Below are positions 21,454 to 33,862 of a DNA stretch of 43,988 nucleotides, in pieces. The stretch spans positions 1 through 43,988 of the forward strand of contig JBOFJM010000711.1 of assembly GCA_051656825.1 (NCBI GenBank), given 5' to 3'. This DNA is from Kluyvera sp. GTDB lineage: Bacteria; Pseudomonadota; Gammaproteobacteria; Enterobacterales; Enterobacteriaceae. Position 1 is the first letter of the stretch, and every line of letters starts with the position of its first letter. A model generated the notes under the pieces. The model made no database searches and had not been told where the DNA came from. It saw only the letters and a list, made by a program, of their open reading frames with translations. The position numbers and the translations under genes are program-made.

Positions 21454-22128
21454 TCACCTGTATAGCCAGTACGCGGTGCTGACAACGTTAGCCCCGCTGT
21501 GAATATAGCGTTTAAGTGCTGCGGTATTGCCGGCTTGCGTCGCCACCCGTAGCGTCGAAAGGCCGCGAGTATACGCCCAGCGCACCGCCGCCTGCATCAA
21601 TTCTGCGCCCGCGCCGCGCCCAGCCAGCAGGCCGATTCGCGCGTCAGAGGCGTTCAATTCTCGTAGGGATACAAACGCGCGGATAGCGCCGTCTGCATCG
21701 CGAAAAACCAGGCACTGGTTATCGAATGTGCCTTTTACCGCGTTCTCAATCCATTGAGCATAAAAGCGCCCACTGGCATCGGCGGCGTACCACGGCGCGC
21801 GGAATCGGCTTTGTGAAAACGCATGAGCGGCAAGAAGGCGCAGTGCGGGAATATCATCGTCAGTGGCTATTTCTGCCTGTGGGCAGGCAACTTCCGTGAC
21901 TGGCAACGCCAAGTCCACTTCGCCTTCTACCAGCCGAAAACCCAGCTGTTGTAGCGCATCGAGCTGTTCAACCTGATGCGCGGCAATTTTAGCCTGCACC
22001 CGCGACCACCCCGCCAGCCGCGCGGCGGTTAGCGGGGCAGCATCGTGCGCGAAGCGGACGATCGCGCTATGAATACCAAAAAACTGGTTTTCCCACGTCA
22101 GTGGCTCAATATTGGCGAGGACGGGCAC
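21454..22128 (-). CDS. wecD: dTDP-fucosamine acetyltransferase
   Basis: GNAT fold; [22 protein letters not shown]. Confidence 0.95.
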   Translation of the reverse strand: MPVLANIEPLTWENQFFGIHSAIVRFAHDAAPLTAARLAGWSRVQAKIAAHQVEQLDALQQLGFRLVEGEVDLALPVTEVACPQAEIATDDDIPALRLLAAHAFSQSRFRAPWYAADASGRFYAQWIENAVKGTFDNQCLVFRDADGAIRAFVSLRELNASDARIGLLAGRGAGAELMQAAVRWAYTRGLSTLRVATQAGNTAALKRYIHSGANVVSTAYWLYR

Positions 22129-22987
22129 GGAGTAGCTCCAGCAAATATTGACCGTAGCCGGTTTTCGCTAACTGACTGGCGGCACGCTTCACGCCTTCAT
22201 CGTCCAGCCAGCCGTTACGCCAGGCAATCTCTTCCAGACAGGCGATTTTAAAGCCCTGGCGCTTTTCTACCGTCTGCACAAACATGCTCGCTTCAATCAA
22301 GCTGTCATGCGTGCCGGTATCAAGCCAGGCAAAACCACGGCCCAGCAGTTCAACGGTCAGATGCCCGTCGTCGAGATACATCTGGTTAATCGAGGTGATT
22401 TCCAGCTCGCCGCGCGCGGAAGGCTTCACGCGTTTGGCGTACTCCACCACTTTACTGTCGTAGAAGTAAAGGCCGGTTACCGCCCAGTTTGATTTCGGCT
22501 GCGCAGGTTTCTCTTCCAGCGAGATAGCGCGGAAGTTATCGTCAAACTCCACCACGCCAAAACGTTCCGGGTCCATCACCTGGTAACCAAATACCGTTGC
22601 CCCTTCGCTGCGCGCTGCCACGTGGCGCAGTTTAGGGCTAAAGCCCTGACCGAAGAAGATATTGTCGCCGAGCACCAGGCATGACGGCTCGCCGTTGAGG
22701 AACGTTTCACCGATGATAAACGCCTGCGCCAGGCCATCAGGGCTTGGCTGTTCAGCGTATTGCAGTGAAATGCCAAACTCGCTGCCATCGCCCAGCAGAC
22801 GTTGGAAGTAGCTTTTATCTTCAGGGGTGGTGATGATAAGAATTTCACGAATCCCCGCCAGCATCAGTACCGACAGCGGGTAGTAAATCATCGGTTTGTC
22901 GTAAATCGGCAGTAGCTGTTTGGACACGCCACGGGTGATCGGATACAGACGCGAGCCTGAGCCGCCAGCCAGAATAATACCTTTCAT
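22106..22987 (-). CDS. rffH: Glucose-1-phosphate thymidylyltransferase
   Basis: [32 protein letters not shown]. Confidence 0.96.
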   Translation of the reverse strand: MKGIILAGGSGSRLYPITRGVSKQLLPIYDKPMIYYPLSVLMLAGIREILIITTPEDKSYFQRLLGDGSEFGISLQYAEQPSPDGLAQAFIIGETFLNGEPSCLVLGDNIFFGQGFSPKLRHVAARSEGATVFGYQVMDPERFGVVEFDDNFRAISLEEKPAQPKSNWAVTGLYFYDSKVVEYAKRVKPSARGELEITSINQMYLDDGHLTVELLGRGFAWLDTGTHDSLIEASMFVQTVEKRQGFKIACLEEIAWRNGWLDDEGVKRAASQLAKTGYGQYLLELLRARPRQY

Positions 22988-23008
22988 TGCTTACACTCCT
23001 CCGGGCGA

Positions 23009-24076
23009 TTAGCCCTTCAGGCCCAGACGTTCACCCTGGTAGCTGCCGTCTTGTACCTGTTTCCACCAGCTTTCGTTGGCGAGATACCACTGCACGGTTT
23101 TGCGCATCCCACTTTCGAAAGTCTCGGCTGGCGTCCAGCCGAGATCGCGGGCGATTTTCGCCGCATCAATCGCGTAACGTAAATCGTGGCCAGGTCGGTC
23201 AGCGACAAAGGTTATCAGGTCGTGATAGTGCGCTACACCCTGTGGTTTTTGCGGCACTAACTCTTCCAGCAGCGCGCAAATAGTCTCTACCACGTCGAGG
23301 TTTTTACGCTCGTTATGGCCGCCAATGTTGTACGTTTCGCCAATGCCGCCAGCGGTGGCAACAAGGTACAGCGCGCGCGCATGGTCATCGACATACAGCC
23401 AGTCACGAATCTGCTGCCCGTTTCCGTATACCGGCAGCGGTTTCCCCGCCAGCGCGTTGAGGATAGTCAGCGGGATCAGCTTTTCCGGGAAGTGGTAAGG
23501 GCCGTAGTTGTTCGAGCAGTTGGTGATAAGCGTGGGCAGGCCGTAAGTGCGCAGCCAGGCGCGCACTAAATGGTCACTGCTGGCCTTCGAGGCCGAATAC
23601 GGGCTGCTTGGCGCATACGGCGTGGTTTCGGTAAAGAAATCCTCCGCCGAGTGCAGGTCGCCGTACACTTCATCGGTCGAAATATGGTGGAAGCGGAACG
23701 CCGCTTTGGCGTCGCTTTCCAGCGCAGACCAATAGGCTCGCGCGGCCTCCAGCAGCGTGTAAGTGCCGACGATATTGGTTTCAATAAACGCCGCCGGACC
23801 GTCGATGGAGCGGTCAACGTGGCTTTCCGCCGCCAGATGCATGACGATATCCGGGCGATACTGGTCGAATACACGGTTCAGCGCCGCGCGATCGCAAATA
23901 TCCACCTGTTCGAAGGCAAAGCGGGCATCGCTCACCACCGGAGCCAGTGATGCCAGGTTACCTGCGTAGGTGAGCTTATCAACCACCACCACGCTATCTG
24001 GCGTGTGGTTGATGATATGGCGCACTACCGCCGAGCCGATAAAGCCCGCGCCGCCGGTGACCAGAATCCGTTTCAA
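23009..24076 (-). CDS. rffG: dTDP-glucose 4,6-dehydratase
   Basis: [30 protein letters not shown]. Confidence 0.96.
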   Translation of the reverse strand: MKRILVTGGAGFIGSAVVRHIINHTPDSVVVVDKLTYAGNLASLAPVVSDARFAFEQVDICDRAALNRVFDQYRPDIVMHLAAESHVDRSIDGPAAFIETNIVGTYTLLEAARAYWSALESDAKAAFRFHHISTDEVYGDLHSAEDFFTETTPYAPSSPYSASKASSDHLVRAWLRTYGLPTLITNCSNNYGPYHFPEKLIPLTILNALAGKPLPVYGNGQQIRDWLYVDDHARALYLVATAGGIGETYNIGGHNERKNLDVVETICALLEELVPQKPQGVAHYHDLITFVADRPGHDLRYAIDAAKIARDLGWTPAETFESGMRKTVQWYLANESWWKQVQDGSYQGERLGLKG

Positions 24077-25335
24077 CGCCAGACTCCTTTGGTATCCACC
24101 ACGTACTGCTGGGTAATGACGTCGCCGTGAATCGCTTTAAACTGGGCGTGATCGGCCAGCATAACTATCACATCGGCGCTGGCGAGCGCGGTATCTACCG
24201 ATACCAGCGAGCACAGCCCATCGAGTTTTTTCGGCAACTGATGAATATTCGGTTCAACGACCAGCGTTTCGCCACTGTGCCATTGGGCAATCAGCTCCGC
24301 GATTTCCATCGCTGGGCTTTCGCGCAGATCATCAATATTAGGTTTAAACGCCAGGCCAAAGCAGGCAATTTTCAGTTCGCTGGCGCGCTTGTTGCTGGCA
24401 GCGAGGCAGTCGGCAACGTTCGCTTTCACTTTATCGATGACCCACAACGGTTTGTAGTCGTTGACTTCACGGGCCATGCGAATCAGGCGCGCCTGCTCTG
24501 GGTTTTGCGCCACAATGAACCAGGGATCGACGGCGATGCAGTGCCCGCCAACGCCAGGACCAGGCTGGAGAATGTTGACGCGCGGGTGGCGGTTCGCCAG
24601 GCGAATCAGTTCCCAGACGTTAATTCCCTGTTCGGCACAGATAAGCGACAGTTCGTTAGCAAACGCGATGTTTACATCGCGGAAGCTGTTTTCGGTCAGC
24701 TTGCACATTTCCGCCGTGCGCGCGTTGGTTACCACGCATTCGCCTTCGAGGAAAATGTTGTACAGCTCGCTGGCGCGCGCGGAGCACACCGGCGTCATAC
24801 CGCCAATCACGCGGTCATTCTTGATAAGCTCAACCATCACCTGACCCGGCAGTACGCGCTCTGGGCAGTAGGCAATATTAATATCTGCCTGTTCACCCAC
24901 CTGCTGCGGGAAGGTTAAGTCTGGACGCATCTCCGCCAGCCACCCCGCCATCAGCTCGGTTGCGCCAACCGGGGAAGTCGATTCAAGAATCACCAGCGCG
25001 CCTTTTTTCAGCACTGGCGCAATCGAGCGGGCCGCCGCTTCGACGTAAACCATATCCGGCTCGTGATCGCCTTTAAACGGCGTCGGCACGGCAATCAGGT
25101 AGGCATCTGCCTCTTCCGGCGTAGTGGTGGCGCGTAAGAATCCGTCCGCCACCGCCGTTTTTACCACCCTGTCGAGATCGGGTTCAACAATATGAATTTC
25201 ACCACGGTTGATGGTATCTACCGCGTTTTGATTGATATCCACACCCACTACCTGCTTTTGCCGTGAGGCAAACGCTGCCGCTGTGGGAAGGCCGATATAG
25301 CCCAGGCCGATCACCGAGAGGGTTGAAAAACTCAT
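24073..25335 (-). CDS. wecC: UDP-ManNAc dehydrogenase
   Basis: [20 protein letters not shown]. Confidence 0.97.
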   Translation of the reverse strand: MSFSTLSVIGLGYIGLPTAAAFASRQKQVVGVDINQNAVDTINRGEIHIVEPDLDRVVKTAVADGFLRATTTPEEADAYLIAVPTPFKGDHEPDMVYVEAAARSIAPVLKKGALVILESTSPVGATELMAGWLAEMRPDLTFPQQVGEQADINIAYCPERVLPGQVMVELIKNDRVIGGMTPVCSARASELYNIFLEGECVVTNARTAEMCKLTENSFRDVNIAFANELSLICAEQGINVWELIRLANRHPRVNILQPGPGVGGHCIAVDPWFIVAQNPEQARLIRMAREVNDYKPLWVIDKVKANVADCLAASNKRASELKIACFGLAFKPNIDDLRESPAMEIAELIAQWHSGETLVVEPNIHQLPKKLDGLCSLVSVDTALASADVIVMLADHAQFKAIHGDVITQQYVVDTKGVWR

Positions 25336-26462
25336 AACGTTACCTGATTATTTTTTAATGCTGATAAAATTCGTTCACATGCCTGACCGTCCCCGTAAGG
25401 GTTATGGGCTCGGCTCATTCGTTGATATTCTTCGTCATCGCGTAGTAAGCGCGTCACCTCATCCACAATGCGTTGGCGATTAGTGCCCACCAACCGCACC
25501 GTGCCAGCGTCTACCGCTTCCGGGCGCTCTGTGGTTTCACGCATCACCAGCACCGGTTTACCCAGCGACGGCGCCTCTTCCTGAATGCCGCCAGAGTCGG
25601 TCAGAATCAGCCACGCGTGGTTCATCAGCCAGACAAACGGCAGGTAATCCTGCGGGTCGATCAGTATGACGTTCTCGACATGGCCGAGAATACGCTTCAC
25701 CGGCTCGCTGACATTGGGATTCAGGTGCACCGGATAGACAATCTGGAGGCTCGGGTTGCTCGCCGCGATCTCCGCCAGCGCATGACAAATCTGCTCAAAC
25801 CCTTGACCGAAGCTCTCACGGCGATGCCCAGTCACCAGGATCATCTTTTTGCCGTTACTCAAAAACGGGTAACGCTGGTTCAGCTCTGCGCTCAACGTTT
25901 CGTCATTTACGACTCGGTCGCGCACCCACAGTAAGGCATCAATCACCGTGTTGCCGGTGACGAAAATACGGGTATCCGGCAGGTTTTCGCGCAGCAGATT
26001 TTGCCGGGAATTTTCAGTTGGCGCGAAATGGTACATCGCCAGATGCCCCGTTAATGTACGGTTCGCTTCTTCCGGCCACGGCGAGTAGAGGTCGCCAGTG
26101 CGCAGCCCCGCTTCAACGTGCCCAACGGGAATGCGCTGATAAAATGCCGCCAGGCTTGCGGCGGCAGTGGTCGTCGTGTCGCCATGAACTAACACAACGT
26201 CCGGTTTGAAAGACTCCAGAATCGGTTTTAACCCCTGCAAAATACGGCAGGTTATTTCAGTTAACCCCTGTCCTGGGCTCATGATATTGAGATCATAATC
26301 CGGAACGATGGAGAAGAGGTTTAGCACCTGATCAAGCATTTCCCTATGCTGCGCCGTGACGCAGACTCTTGCCTCAAAATGAGGGTCCTTTGCTAGCTCA
26401 TGCACCAGAGGGGCCATTTTGATAGCCTCCGGGCGAGTGCCAAATACAGTCAGAACTTTCAC
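25332..26462 (-). CDS. wecB: UDP-GlcNAc 2-epimerase
   Basis: GTG start; [24 protein letters not shown]; 376 aa. Confidence 0.97.
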   Translation of the reverse strand: MKVLTVFGTRPEAIKMAPLVHELAKDPHFEARVCVTAQHREMLDQVLNLFSIVPDYDLNIMSPGQGLTEITCRILQGLKPILESFKPDVVLVHGDTTTTAAASLAAFYQRIPVGHVEAGLRTGDLYSPWPEEANRTLTGHLAMYHFAPTENSRQNLLRENLPDTRIFVTGNTVIDALLWVRDRVVNDETLSAELNQRYPFLSNGKKMILVTGHRRESFGQGFEQICHALAEIAASNPSLQIVYPVHLNPNVSEPVKRILGHVENVILIDPQDYLPFVWLMNHAWLILTDSGGIQEEAPSLGKPVLVMRETTERPEAVDAGTVRLVGTNRQRIVDEVTRLLRDDEEYQRMSRAHNPYGDGQACERILSALKNNQVTL

Positions 26463-26519
26463 ATCGATTCTCTTCTTAAGATGAAACTGGCCCATCGCCC
26501 ATTCATCATTGATGGGTTT

Positions 26520-27566
26520 TTACTGCGGGCGACGACGCGCCAGCGCCACCCCTGCACCCACTAATCCACCGACAATACCCCACATCACCATCAGAAATGC
26601 ACGGCGTGGGCTGGTACGCGTTACCGGCTCCTCCGGTGTGCGTAAATAGCGATAGGTTTGAAAACTAGGTGCCAACGTAGGCCCGACGTTAAGCGTCGTC
26701 AGCATTGCGCGAGCCTGATCGTAATCCAGGTCAAAGGTCGGCCCGACGGCCTGGAGATTTTCCAGACGCGCTTGCAGCATTGGACGGCCCAGCAGGGATA
26801 GCTCGGAGTCCGGTAATTCATCGGCCGGAACATCCGTCACACTGCGGTTAATATTGTGCTGCTGCGCAATCTTCAGCGCGGCTTCAATGCTGTGCATCCG
26901 GCGGCTGAAAATCGCCTGCGCGACCTCCTCCTGGCGCTTCACCTGCGCTTTAACCTGAATGGTACGCGCGGCCCATGCGCCTTTCAGTTCATCGTTCAGA
27001 TGCCCTGCGGCACGCTGGCTGGCGAAAGCCACATATTGGCGCAGCAGATTATTCGCATCCTGCGCAGTTTCCGCTGTCAGTTTCACGCTGTCGCTAACGT
27101 TTTTCTGCACATCGCCGGGGATAAATTGAATATTGTTAATCAAATCATCCAACTGCGCGGCATCGGCGCGCGAGTTGCCCACCATCCGCTGTTTGTAATA
27201 GTCCGTTTGCAGCCAGAAATCACGGCGGGTGTCCCAGGAGGACAGTTGCATCACGAACTCTTTGTACACTTCGTCCATCACCGATGGCGGTGTCACCGTC
27301 GTTGGATTGACCTTAACGTCCAGGTTGCGCAGGAACTGCTGCTGCGAATAGTACCCATCCAACATATTGACGGTTGGGCGATCAGTAATCGCCGTGGTGC
27401 TCCATTCCTGTCGGGCAAAAAAGGTATAAATCAGCACTAGCGCGGCGAATAACACCGCAAAGCCAATAATCCAATGTTTTCCCGACCACAACACGCGAAA
27501 CAGGCCACGAATATCCAGTTCATTCTCCGCACTTGCTAACCGTGCTTCCGGTAATGGTTGTGTCAT
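26520..27566 (-). CDS. wzzE: ECA chain-length regulator
   Basis: ENELDIRGL, two terminal TMs, Pro-rich motif before the C-terminal TM. Confidence 0.96.
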   Translation of the reverse strand: MTQPLPEARLASAENELDIRGLFRVLWSGKHWIIGFAVLFAALVLIYTFFARQEWSTTAITDRPTVNMLDGYYSQQQFLRNLDVKVNPTTVTPPSVMDEVYKEFVMQLSSWDTRRDFWLQTDYYKQRMVGNSRADAAQLDDLINNIQFIPGDVQKNVSDSVKLTAETAQDANNLLRQYVAFASQRAAGHLNDELKGAWAARTIQVKAQVKRQEEVAQAIFSRRMHSIEAALKIAQQHNINRSVTDVPADELPDSELSLLGRPMLQARLENLQAVGPTFDLDYDQARAMLTTLNVGPTLAPSFQTYRYLRTPEEPVTRTSPRRAFLMVMWGIVGGLVGAGVALARRRPQ

Positions 27567-27579
27567 TACTACCCCAGTT

Positions 27580-28683
27580 TTACTTGGTTAATTTTGGATT
27601 GTTTCCGCTGTTGCGACGGATTCTGCGCTTCATGCGTTTAATAAAACGCGCCACTTTCCAGGCTCGCTTGATGCAGTAACCGTAGAAACAAAAAGCCAGC
27701 AGGAATAGTAGCAGCATCACCCACTCAGGCACTACGCGAGTGTATTCAGCCGCAACGCCGATAGCCGCAAGCAGCGCGGCGGCGGCGGTGATCAGTACCA
27801 GCGCCTGACGGGAGGTAAAACCGGCGCGCATAATCAGATGGTGGATATGCTGGCGATCGGGAGAGAACGGGCTCATGCCCTTGCGCAGACGGCGATACAT
27901 AATCGCGACCATATCCATCAGCGGAATAGCCACAATCCACAGCGCCGTTACTGGGCTAATCGGGTGATGAGTCCCTTGCGTTGTTTCCAGCAGGATCCAG
28001 ATAACGGTGAAGCCAATCAGCGTGCTGCCGGCGTCGCCCATAAAGACTTTATAGCGGCGGCCCAGCACGCCCAGGTTCAGCATGATATACGGCAGGATGG
28101 CGGCGATCATGGCAAAACACCACATCGCCAGGCTCGTCTGCCCATCGAACCACAGAATCAGGCCAATCGCGCCAAAACTGACGCTCGATAAACCGCCCAA
28201 CAGCCCATCAATGCCATCAACCATATTGAAGGCATTAATCACCGCCCACACAGCAAATAAGGTGAGGAAGAAACCAAATGGGCCGAGAACAAGCTCCCAC
28301 GAACCAAAGATATAACCGAGGCTACGCAGATACAGGTTTCCCGCCGTCATCATCACAATACCAATCAGCGCCTGAATGGTTGCACGGATTTTAACGCTGA
28401 TGTCATAGCGGTCGTCCAGGGCGCCCACAAACACTAAAACGCCTGCACAGGCGAGATAAAGGGATGCGTGAGGAATGTAGTAATCTGCAATAGCGAAAGT
28501 TAAGCAGATCCCAGCGTAAACCGAGATACCGCCCACGAGCGGTATAAGCCCCTGGTGACGTTTACGGAAATTTGGTCTGTCCACCAAACCGACCTTTTTA
28601 GCCGCTCTGCGGGCGAAAAAAAGGAATACGGTCGTGAACAAAAAAATACTGATCAAATCAGTACCGACGGTCAGTAAACTCAC
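27580..28683 (-). CDS. wecA: Undecaprenyl-phosphate GlcNAc-1-P transferase
   Basis: GALDDRYD, NMVDGIDG, FMGDAGS, DRQHIHH. Confidence 0.97.
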   Translation of the reverse strand: MSLLTVGTDLISIFLFTTVFLFFARRAAKKVGLVDRPNFRKRHQGLIPLVGGISVYAGICLTFAIADYYIPHASLYLACAGVLVFVGALDDRYDISVKIRATIQALIGIVMMTAGNLYLRSLGYIFGSWELVLGPFGFFLTLFAVWAVINAFNMVDGIDGLLGGLSSVSFGAIGLILWFDGQTSLAMWCFAMIAAILPYIMLNLGVLGRRYKVFMGDAGSTLIGFTVIWILLETTQGTHHPISPVTALWIVAIPLMDMVAIMYRRLRKGMSPFSPDRQHIHHLIMRAGFTSRQALVLITAAAALLAAIGVAAEYTRVVPEWVMLLLFLLAFCFYGYCIKRAWKVARFIKRMKRRIRRNSGNNPKLTK

Positions 28684-28876
28684 AATTTATACTCGCTGCG
28701 AATATTAATAGCGAAAGTATACCCACGATAGCAACTCATCAGAAGAGGAAGCCTGATGATTATTGGGGAAACTCGCCTGATTTATAACCGGTTTTACAAA
28801 CTAATTATATTGTAGCCGCAAACCACAATTGTCCGTGAAAAAAATGAGAGCCCCTATCGCCGGAAGTCCTAAAAAC

Positions 28877-28903
28877 AAAAACGCCACACAAAAGTGTGGC
28901 GTT
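28877..28903 (-). terminator. Terminator downstream of rho
   Basis: Minus strand AACGCCACAC-tttt-GTGTGGCGTTTTT. Confidence 0.8.
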
Positions 28904-28922
28904 CATCGGCAAAAATCGAATT

Positions 28923-30182
28923 TTACGAACGTTTCATCATGTCGAAGAAGTCGTCGTTAGTTTTGGTCATTGCCAGTTTATTGATGAGGAACTCCATCGC
29001 GTCAATTTCGCCCATTGGGTGAATGATTTTGCGCAGGATCCACATTTTTTGCAGCTCTTCAGGAGTCGTGAGCAGCTCTTCTTTACGGGTACCGGAACGG
29101 TTGTAGTCGATAGCCGGGAAGACGCGTTTTTCAGCGATTTTACGCGAGAGGTGCAGTTCCATGTTGCCGGTACCTTTGAACTCTTCATAGATAACTTCAT
29201 CCATTTTAGAGCCGGTATCGATAAGCGCGGTTGCGATGATAGTCAGGCTACCACCCTCTTCAACGTTACGAGCCGCACCGAAGAAGCGCTTCGGACGGTG
29301 CAGGGCGTTGGCGTCCACACCACCGGTCAACACTTTGCCGGAAGCCGGAACCACGGTGTTGTAAGCACGTGCCAGACGGGTAATGGAGTCGAGCAGAATG
29401 ATAACGTCTTTTTTATGTTCAACCAGACGTTTCGCTTTCTCGATAACCATTTCCGCGACCTGAACGTGGCGGGATGCAGGTTCGTCAAAGGTAGAAGCAA
29501 CCACTTCACCTTTCACCAGACGCTGCATCTCGGTCACTTCTTCTGGACGTTCGTCAATCAGCAGTACCATCAGTACGCAGTCTGGGTGATTGTAGGCAAT
29601 GCTCTGTGCAATGTTTTGCAGCAGCATGGTTTTACCGGCTTTCGGCGGTGCCACAATCAGACCACGCTGACCACGACCAATTGGCGAGGCCAGGTCAAGG
29701 ACGCGAGCGGTTAAGTCTTCGGTAGAACCGTTACCACGTTCCATACGCAGACGAGAGTTTGCGTGCAGCGGGGTTAAGTTCTCAAACAGGATCTTGTTGC
29801 GCGAGTTTTCCGGCTTATCGTAGTTAACTTCGTTAACTTTCAACAGCGCAAAGTAACGCTCACCCTCTTTCGGAGGACGAATCTTACCAGATATGGTGTC
29901 ACCAGTGCGGAGGTTGAAACGACGGATTTGGCTAGGGGAAACGTAGATATCATCGGGGCCGGCGAGGTAGGAGCTGTCTGCGGAACGGAGGAAACCAAAT
30001 CCATCCTGCAAAATCTCCAGCACACCGTCGCCAAAGATATCTTCGCCACTCTTTGCGTGCTGCTTCAGGATGGCAAAAATGATGTCCTGCTTGCGCATAC
30101 GAGCCTGGTTTTCCAGGCCCATATTTTCGCCGAGAGTGATCAGCTCAGAAACCGGCGTATTCTTTAATTCGGTAAGATTCAT
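28923..30182 (-). CDS. rho: Transcription termination factor Rho
   Basis: 419 aa; [22 protein letters not shown]. Confidence 0.99.
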   Translation of the reverse strand: MNLTELKNTPVSELITLGENMGLENQARMRKQDIIFAILKQHAKSGEDIFGDGVLEILQDGFGFLRSADSSYLAGPDDIYVSPSQIRRFNLRTGDTISGKIRPPKEGERYFALLKVNEVNYDKPENSRNKILFENLTPLHANSRLRMERGNGSTEDLTARVLDLASPIGRGQRGLIVAPPKAGKTMLLQNIAQSIAYNHPDCVLMVLLIDERPEEVTEMQRLVKGEVVASTFDEPASRHVQVAEMVIEKAKRLVEHKKDVIILLDSITRLARAYNTVVPASGKVLTGGVDANALHRPKRFFGAARNVEEGGSLTIIATALIDTGSKMDEVIYEEFKGTGNMELHLSRKIAEKRVFPAIDYNRSGTRKEELLTTPEELQKMWILRKIIHPMGEIDAMEFLINKLAMTKTNDDFFDMMKRS

Positions 30183-30268
30183 AATGGTGTGGGTTCTTAA
30201 ACTCGGGGTAAATCTCGAACTTAATTTGTGAATGGTATGGCAGGGTCATCCGTGCCTGTTTACGGCCA

Positions 30269-30373
30269 TCAACTCATGTCTGTTCGCTGTCTGGTCACAG
30301 GAGAGTACGCAGAACTGAAACGACAAGACGGAAAGAGTGACAAGCCTGGAATTTTTTCAACCTCTGACGCCAT
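30269..30373 (-). CDS. rhoL: rho operon leader peptide (not in ORF track)
   Basis: Manual translation MASEVEKIPGLSLFPSCRFSSAYSPVTRQRTDMS (34 aa); its C-terminal half matches E. coli RhoL as recalled (PSCRFSSAYSPVTRQR). Confidence 0.7.
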   Translation of the reverse strand: MASEVEKIPGLSLFPSCRFSSAYSPVTRQRTDMS

Positions 30374-30440
30374 ACAACACAACGGGAGGTTTGGATAAAA
30401 CAAGATTCAAACAAGGTATGTTTAAAACGAAGTCAAACTT

Positions 30441-30469
30441 AACTTAGCACGACTGAAGCCGGGCGTCCA
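30441..30469 (-). promoter_or_regulatory. rho promoter
   Basis: TGGACG-17 bp-TAAGTT, similar to the E. coli rho promoter. Confidence 0.6.
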
Positions 30470-30484
30470 GAGTTCTGCCTAAAT

Positions 30485-30542
30485 AATACACTTCATCCTT
30501 CAAGCCGCCAAAGCATGGGCTGCCTGAAGGATAAAGAGCATT
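30485..30542. repeat. Short, internally deleted ERIC/IRU-like element
   Basis: Ends aatacacttcatccttcaag...ctgaaggataaagagcatt form an imperfect IR resembling ERIC termini; 58 bp. Confidence 0.5.
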
Positions 30543-30570
30543 CGAACACGGGACGCCGACCTCGAATTTC

Positions 30571-30900
30571 TTACGCCAGGTTAGCGTCGAGGAACTCTTT
30601 CAGCTGGCCTTTAGACAGTGCGCCAACTTTAGTTGCTGCAACTTCGCCGTTCTTGAACAGCAGCAGCGTCGGGATACCACGGATGCCATACTTCGGTGCA
30701 GTGCCTGGGTTCTGATCGATGTTCAGTTTAGCAACGGTCAGTTTACCCTGATACTCCTCGGCGATTTCATCCAGAATCGGGGCGATCATTTTGCACGGAC
30801 CACACCACTCTGCCCAGAAATCGACGAGTGTCAGCCCGTCAGCCTTGAGTACGTCCGTGTCAAAACTGTCGTCAGTCAGGTGAATAATTTTATCGCTCAT
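30571..30900 (-). CDS. trxA: Thioredoxin 1
   Basis: [18 protein letters not shown]; 109 aa. Confidence 0.99.
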   Translation of the reverse strand: MSDKIIHLTDDSFDTDVLKADGLTLVDFWAEWCGPCKMIAPILDEIAEEYQGKLTVAKLNIDQNPGTAPKYGIRGIPTLLLFKNGEVAATKVGALSKGQLKEFLDANLA

Positions 30901-31043
30901 ATTTAACTCCACAGGAATAAGCCTGGTGTGTTGGTGTAGCATTAACCAACGAGGTGTTGATGTTGACTTCGCCAACAAAGGTTGACGTTATTTCACCGGA
31001 TACGCTTTCTTAATGCAATAGTAAGCTGATATTCTACCACACT

Positions 31044-32309
31044 ATGAGCAAAACACATTTAACTGAACAGAAGTTTTCCGACTTCGCCCTGCACCCTAAA
31101 GTGGTTGAAGCCCTTGAAAAAAAAGGGTTTTATAATTGCACGCCCATTCAGGCGCTGGCTTTGCCGCTGACGCTTGCTGGTCGTGATGTGGCTGGACAGG
31201 CGCAAACCGGTACCGGGAAAACGATGGCGTTTCTGACGTCAACGTTTCATTATCTTCTTTCTCATCCGGCAATTGCTGAACGCCAGGTGAACCAACCGCG
31301 TGCCTTAATTATGGCACCGACCCGTGAGCTGGCAGTACAGATTCACGCCGACGCCGAGCCGCTGGCTCAGGCCACAGGCCTGAAGCTGGGCCTGGCTTAC
31401 GGCGGCGACGGCTATGACAAACAGCTGAAAGTGCTGGAAAGCGGCGTCGATATTCTTATCGGCACCACTGGCCGTCTTATTGATTATGCAAAACAGAACC
31501 ACATCAACCTGGGCGCGATTCAGGTGGTGGTACTGGACGAAGCCGATCGCATGTACGATCTGGGCTTTATTAAAGATATCCGTTGGCTGTTCCGCCGTAT
31601 GCCGCCGACCAACCAGCGCCTGAACATGCTGTTCTCCGCAACCCTCTCTTACCGCGTTCGTGAACTGGCGTTCGAACAAATGAACAATGCCGAGTACGTG
31701 GAAGTCGAGCCGGAGCAGAAAACTGGCCACCGTATTAAAGAAGAGCTGTTCTACCCTTCTAATGAAGAGAAGATGCGTTTGCTGCAAACGCTGCTGGAAG
31801 AAGAATGGCCAGACCGTGCGATTATTTTCGCGAATACTAAACACCGTTGTGAAGATATCTGGGGCCACCTGGCGGCCGACGGCCATCGCGTAGGTCTGCT
31901 GACCGGCGACGTGGCGCAGAAAAAACGTCTGCGTATCCTCGAAGATTTCACCAGCGGCGACATTGATATTCTGGTCGCAACGGACGTTGCAGCCCGTGGC
32001 CTGCATATTCCTGCGGTTACGCACGTCTTTAACTATGACCTGCCGGATGACTGCGAAGACTACGTTCACCGTATTGGTCGTACGGGTCGCGCGGGCGCAA
32101 GCGGTCACTCGATCAGCCTGGCTTGTGAAGAATACGCACTGAATTTACCGGCGATTGAGGCCTACACGGGTCACTCTATTCCGGTCAGCAAGTATAACCC
32201 GGATGCGCTGTTAACCGACCTGCCGAAACCGTTACGTCTGACGCGCGTTCGTCAGGGCAACGGGCCACGTCGCTCGGGTGCGCCACGTAATCGTCGTCGT
32301 TCAGGTTAA
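31044..32309 (+). CDS. rhlB: DEAD-box RNA helicase RhlB
   Basis: [22 protein letters not shown]; 421 aa. Confidence 0.98.
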   Translation: MSKTHLTEQKFSDFALHPKVVEALEKKGFYNCTPIQALALPLTLAGRDVAGQAQTGTGKTMAFLTSTFHYLLSHPAIAERQVNQPRALIMAPTRELAVQIHADAEPLAQATGLKLGLAYGGDGYDKQLKVLESGVDILIGTTGRLIDYAKQNHINLGAIQVVVLDEADRMYDLGFIKDIRWLFRRMPPTNQRLNMLFSATLSYRVRELAFEQMNNAEYVEVEPEQKTGHRIKEELFYPSNEEKMRLLQTLLEEEWPDRAIIFANTKHRCEDIWGHLAADGHRVGLLTGDVAQKKRLRILEDFTSGDIDILVATDVAARGLHIPAVTHVFNYDLPDDCEDYVHRIGRTGRAGASGHSISLACEEYALNLPAIEAYTGHSIPVSKYNPDALLTDLPKPLRLTRVRQGNGPRRSGAPRNRRRSG

Positions 32310-32314
32310 AAAAT

Positions 32315-33799
32315 ATGCCCAGCTCCACCTCGCTTTATGCAGCTATAGACCTTGGTTCCAATAGTTTTCATATGCTGGTCGTCCGCGAGGTGGCTGGAAG
32401 TATTCAGACACTGACGCGCATCAAGCGCAAAGTTCGTCTGGCTGCTGGCCTCAGCAGCGATAATATTCTGTCGGCAGAAGCGATGGAGCGCGGGTGGCAA
32501 TGCCTGCGCCTGTTTGCTGAGCGCTTACAGGATATCCCTCAGGCACAAATCCGCGTCGTTGCGACCGCCACATTGCGTCTCGCCGTCAACGCACAGGACT
32601 TTCTCGATAAGGCGCAGGAAATCCTCGGCTGCCCGGTGCAGGTTATTCGCGGTGAAGAAGAAGCGCGCCTGATTTATCAGGGTGTTGCGCATACGACCGG
32701 CGGCGACGATCGTCGCCTGGTGGTTGATATCGGCGGGGCCAGTACCGAACTGGTCACAGGTATCGGTGCGCAAACGACCTCGCTGTTTAGCCTTTCGATG
32801 GGCTGTGTCACATGGCTTGAACGCTACTTTGCCGATCGCAATCTGGCGCAGGAAAATTTCGACGAGGCTGAACGTGCCGCGCGCGAAGTATTGCAGCCCG
32901 TTGCCGATGAACTACGCCATCACGGTTGGCGGGTATGCGTTGGCGCTTCCGGCACGGTTCAGGCGCTGCAAGAAATCATGATGGCGCAGGGGATGGATGA
33001 ACGCATTACCCTCGCCAAACTTCAGCAACTGAAACAACGCGCGATTCAATGCGGGCGTCTGGAAGAGCTGGAGATTGAAGGCCTGACGCTTGAACGAGCG
33101 CTGGTTTTCCCAAGCGGGTTGGCTATCCTGATTGCTATCTTCACCGAACTCAACATTCAGAGTATGACCTTAGCCGGTGGCGCACTGCGCGAAGGGCTGG
33201 TATACGGGATGTTGCATCTGGCGGTCGATGAAGACATTCGCAGCCGTACGCTGCGCAATATTCAGCGCCGCTTTATGGTTGATATTGAGCAGGCCAACCG
33301 CGTCGCGCAGTTGGCGGCAAACTTTATCGATCAGGTGAGTGATAGCTGGGAACTGGAGTCATTAAGCTGCGAACTGCTGCTCAGCGCCTGTGCGCTGCAC
33401 GAAATTGGCCTGAGCGTCGATTTCAAGCAAGCACCGCAACATGCGGCTTATCTGGTGCGTAATCTCGATTTGCCAGGCTTTACGCCTGCGCAGAAAAAGC
33501 TGCTCGCCACCCTGCTACTTAACCAGACCAACACCATCAATCTGCCGTCATTGCACCAACAAAATGCCGTACCAGCGCGCGTGGCGGCGCATCTTTGTCG
33601 GCTACTGCGTTTGGCGATTCTGTTTGCCAGCCGCCGCCGTGACGATTTACTGCCTGCCATCACTCTGGTTGTCGATGGTGAAAATATGACACTAACGCTG
33701 CCAGAAGGCTGGCTTGAGCGGCATCCGCTGGGCAGAGAGATGGTTCAGCAAGAGTGCCAGTGGCAAAGTTATATCCACTGGCCGCTAACCATACAATAA
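32315..33799 (+). CDS. gppA: pppGpp pyrophosphatase
   Basis: [27 protein letters not shown]; 494 aa. Confidence 0.97.
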   Translation: MPSSTSLYAAIDLGSNSFHMLVVREVAGSIQTLTRIKRKVRLAAGLSSDNILSAEAMERGWQCLRLFAERLQDIPQAQIRVVATATLRLAVNAQDFLDKAQEILGCPVQVIRGEEEARLIYQGVAHTTGGDDRRLVVDIGGASTELVTGIGAQTTSLFSLSMGCVTWLERYFADRNLAQENFDEAERAAREVLQPVADELRHHGWRVCVGASGTVQALQEIMMAQGMDERITLAKLQQLKQRAIQCGRLEELEIEGLTLERALVFPSGLAILIAIFTELNIQSMTLAGGALREGLVYGMLHLAVDEDIRSRTLRNIQRRFMVDIEQANRVAQLAANFIDQVSDSWELESLSCELLLSACALHEIGLSVDFKQAPQHAAYLVRNLDLPGFTPAQKKLLATLLLNQTNTINLPSLHQQNAVPARVAAHLCRLLRLAILFASRRRDDLLPAITLVVDGENMTLTLPEGWLERHPLGREMVQQECQWQSYIHWPLTIQ

Positions 33800-33808
33800 C
33801 GAGCTAAA

Positions 33809-33845
33809 TGCCGGATGGCGGCGCATCGCGTCCGATCCGGCTTAC
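33809..33845 (+). repeat. Degenerate REP unit
   Basis: tgccggatggcggcgcatcgcgtccgatccggcttac, between converging gppA and rep. Confidence 0.7.
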
Positions 33846-33862
33846 TACCACACACCGCTCGG

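Noticed and set aside
15903..28683. ECA cluster as a novel polysaccharide locus
   Set aside because: Gene content and order are the canonical wecA-wzzE-wecBC-rffGH-wecDE-wzxE-wecF-wzyE-wecG.
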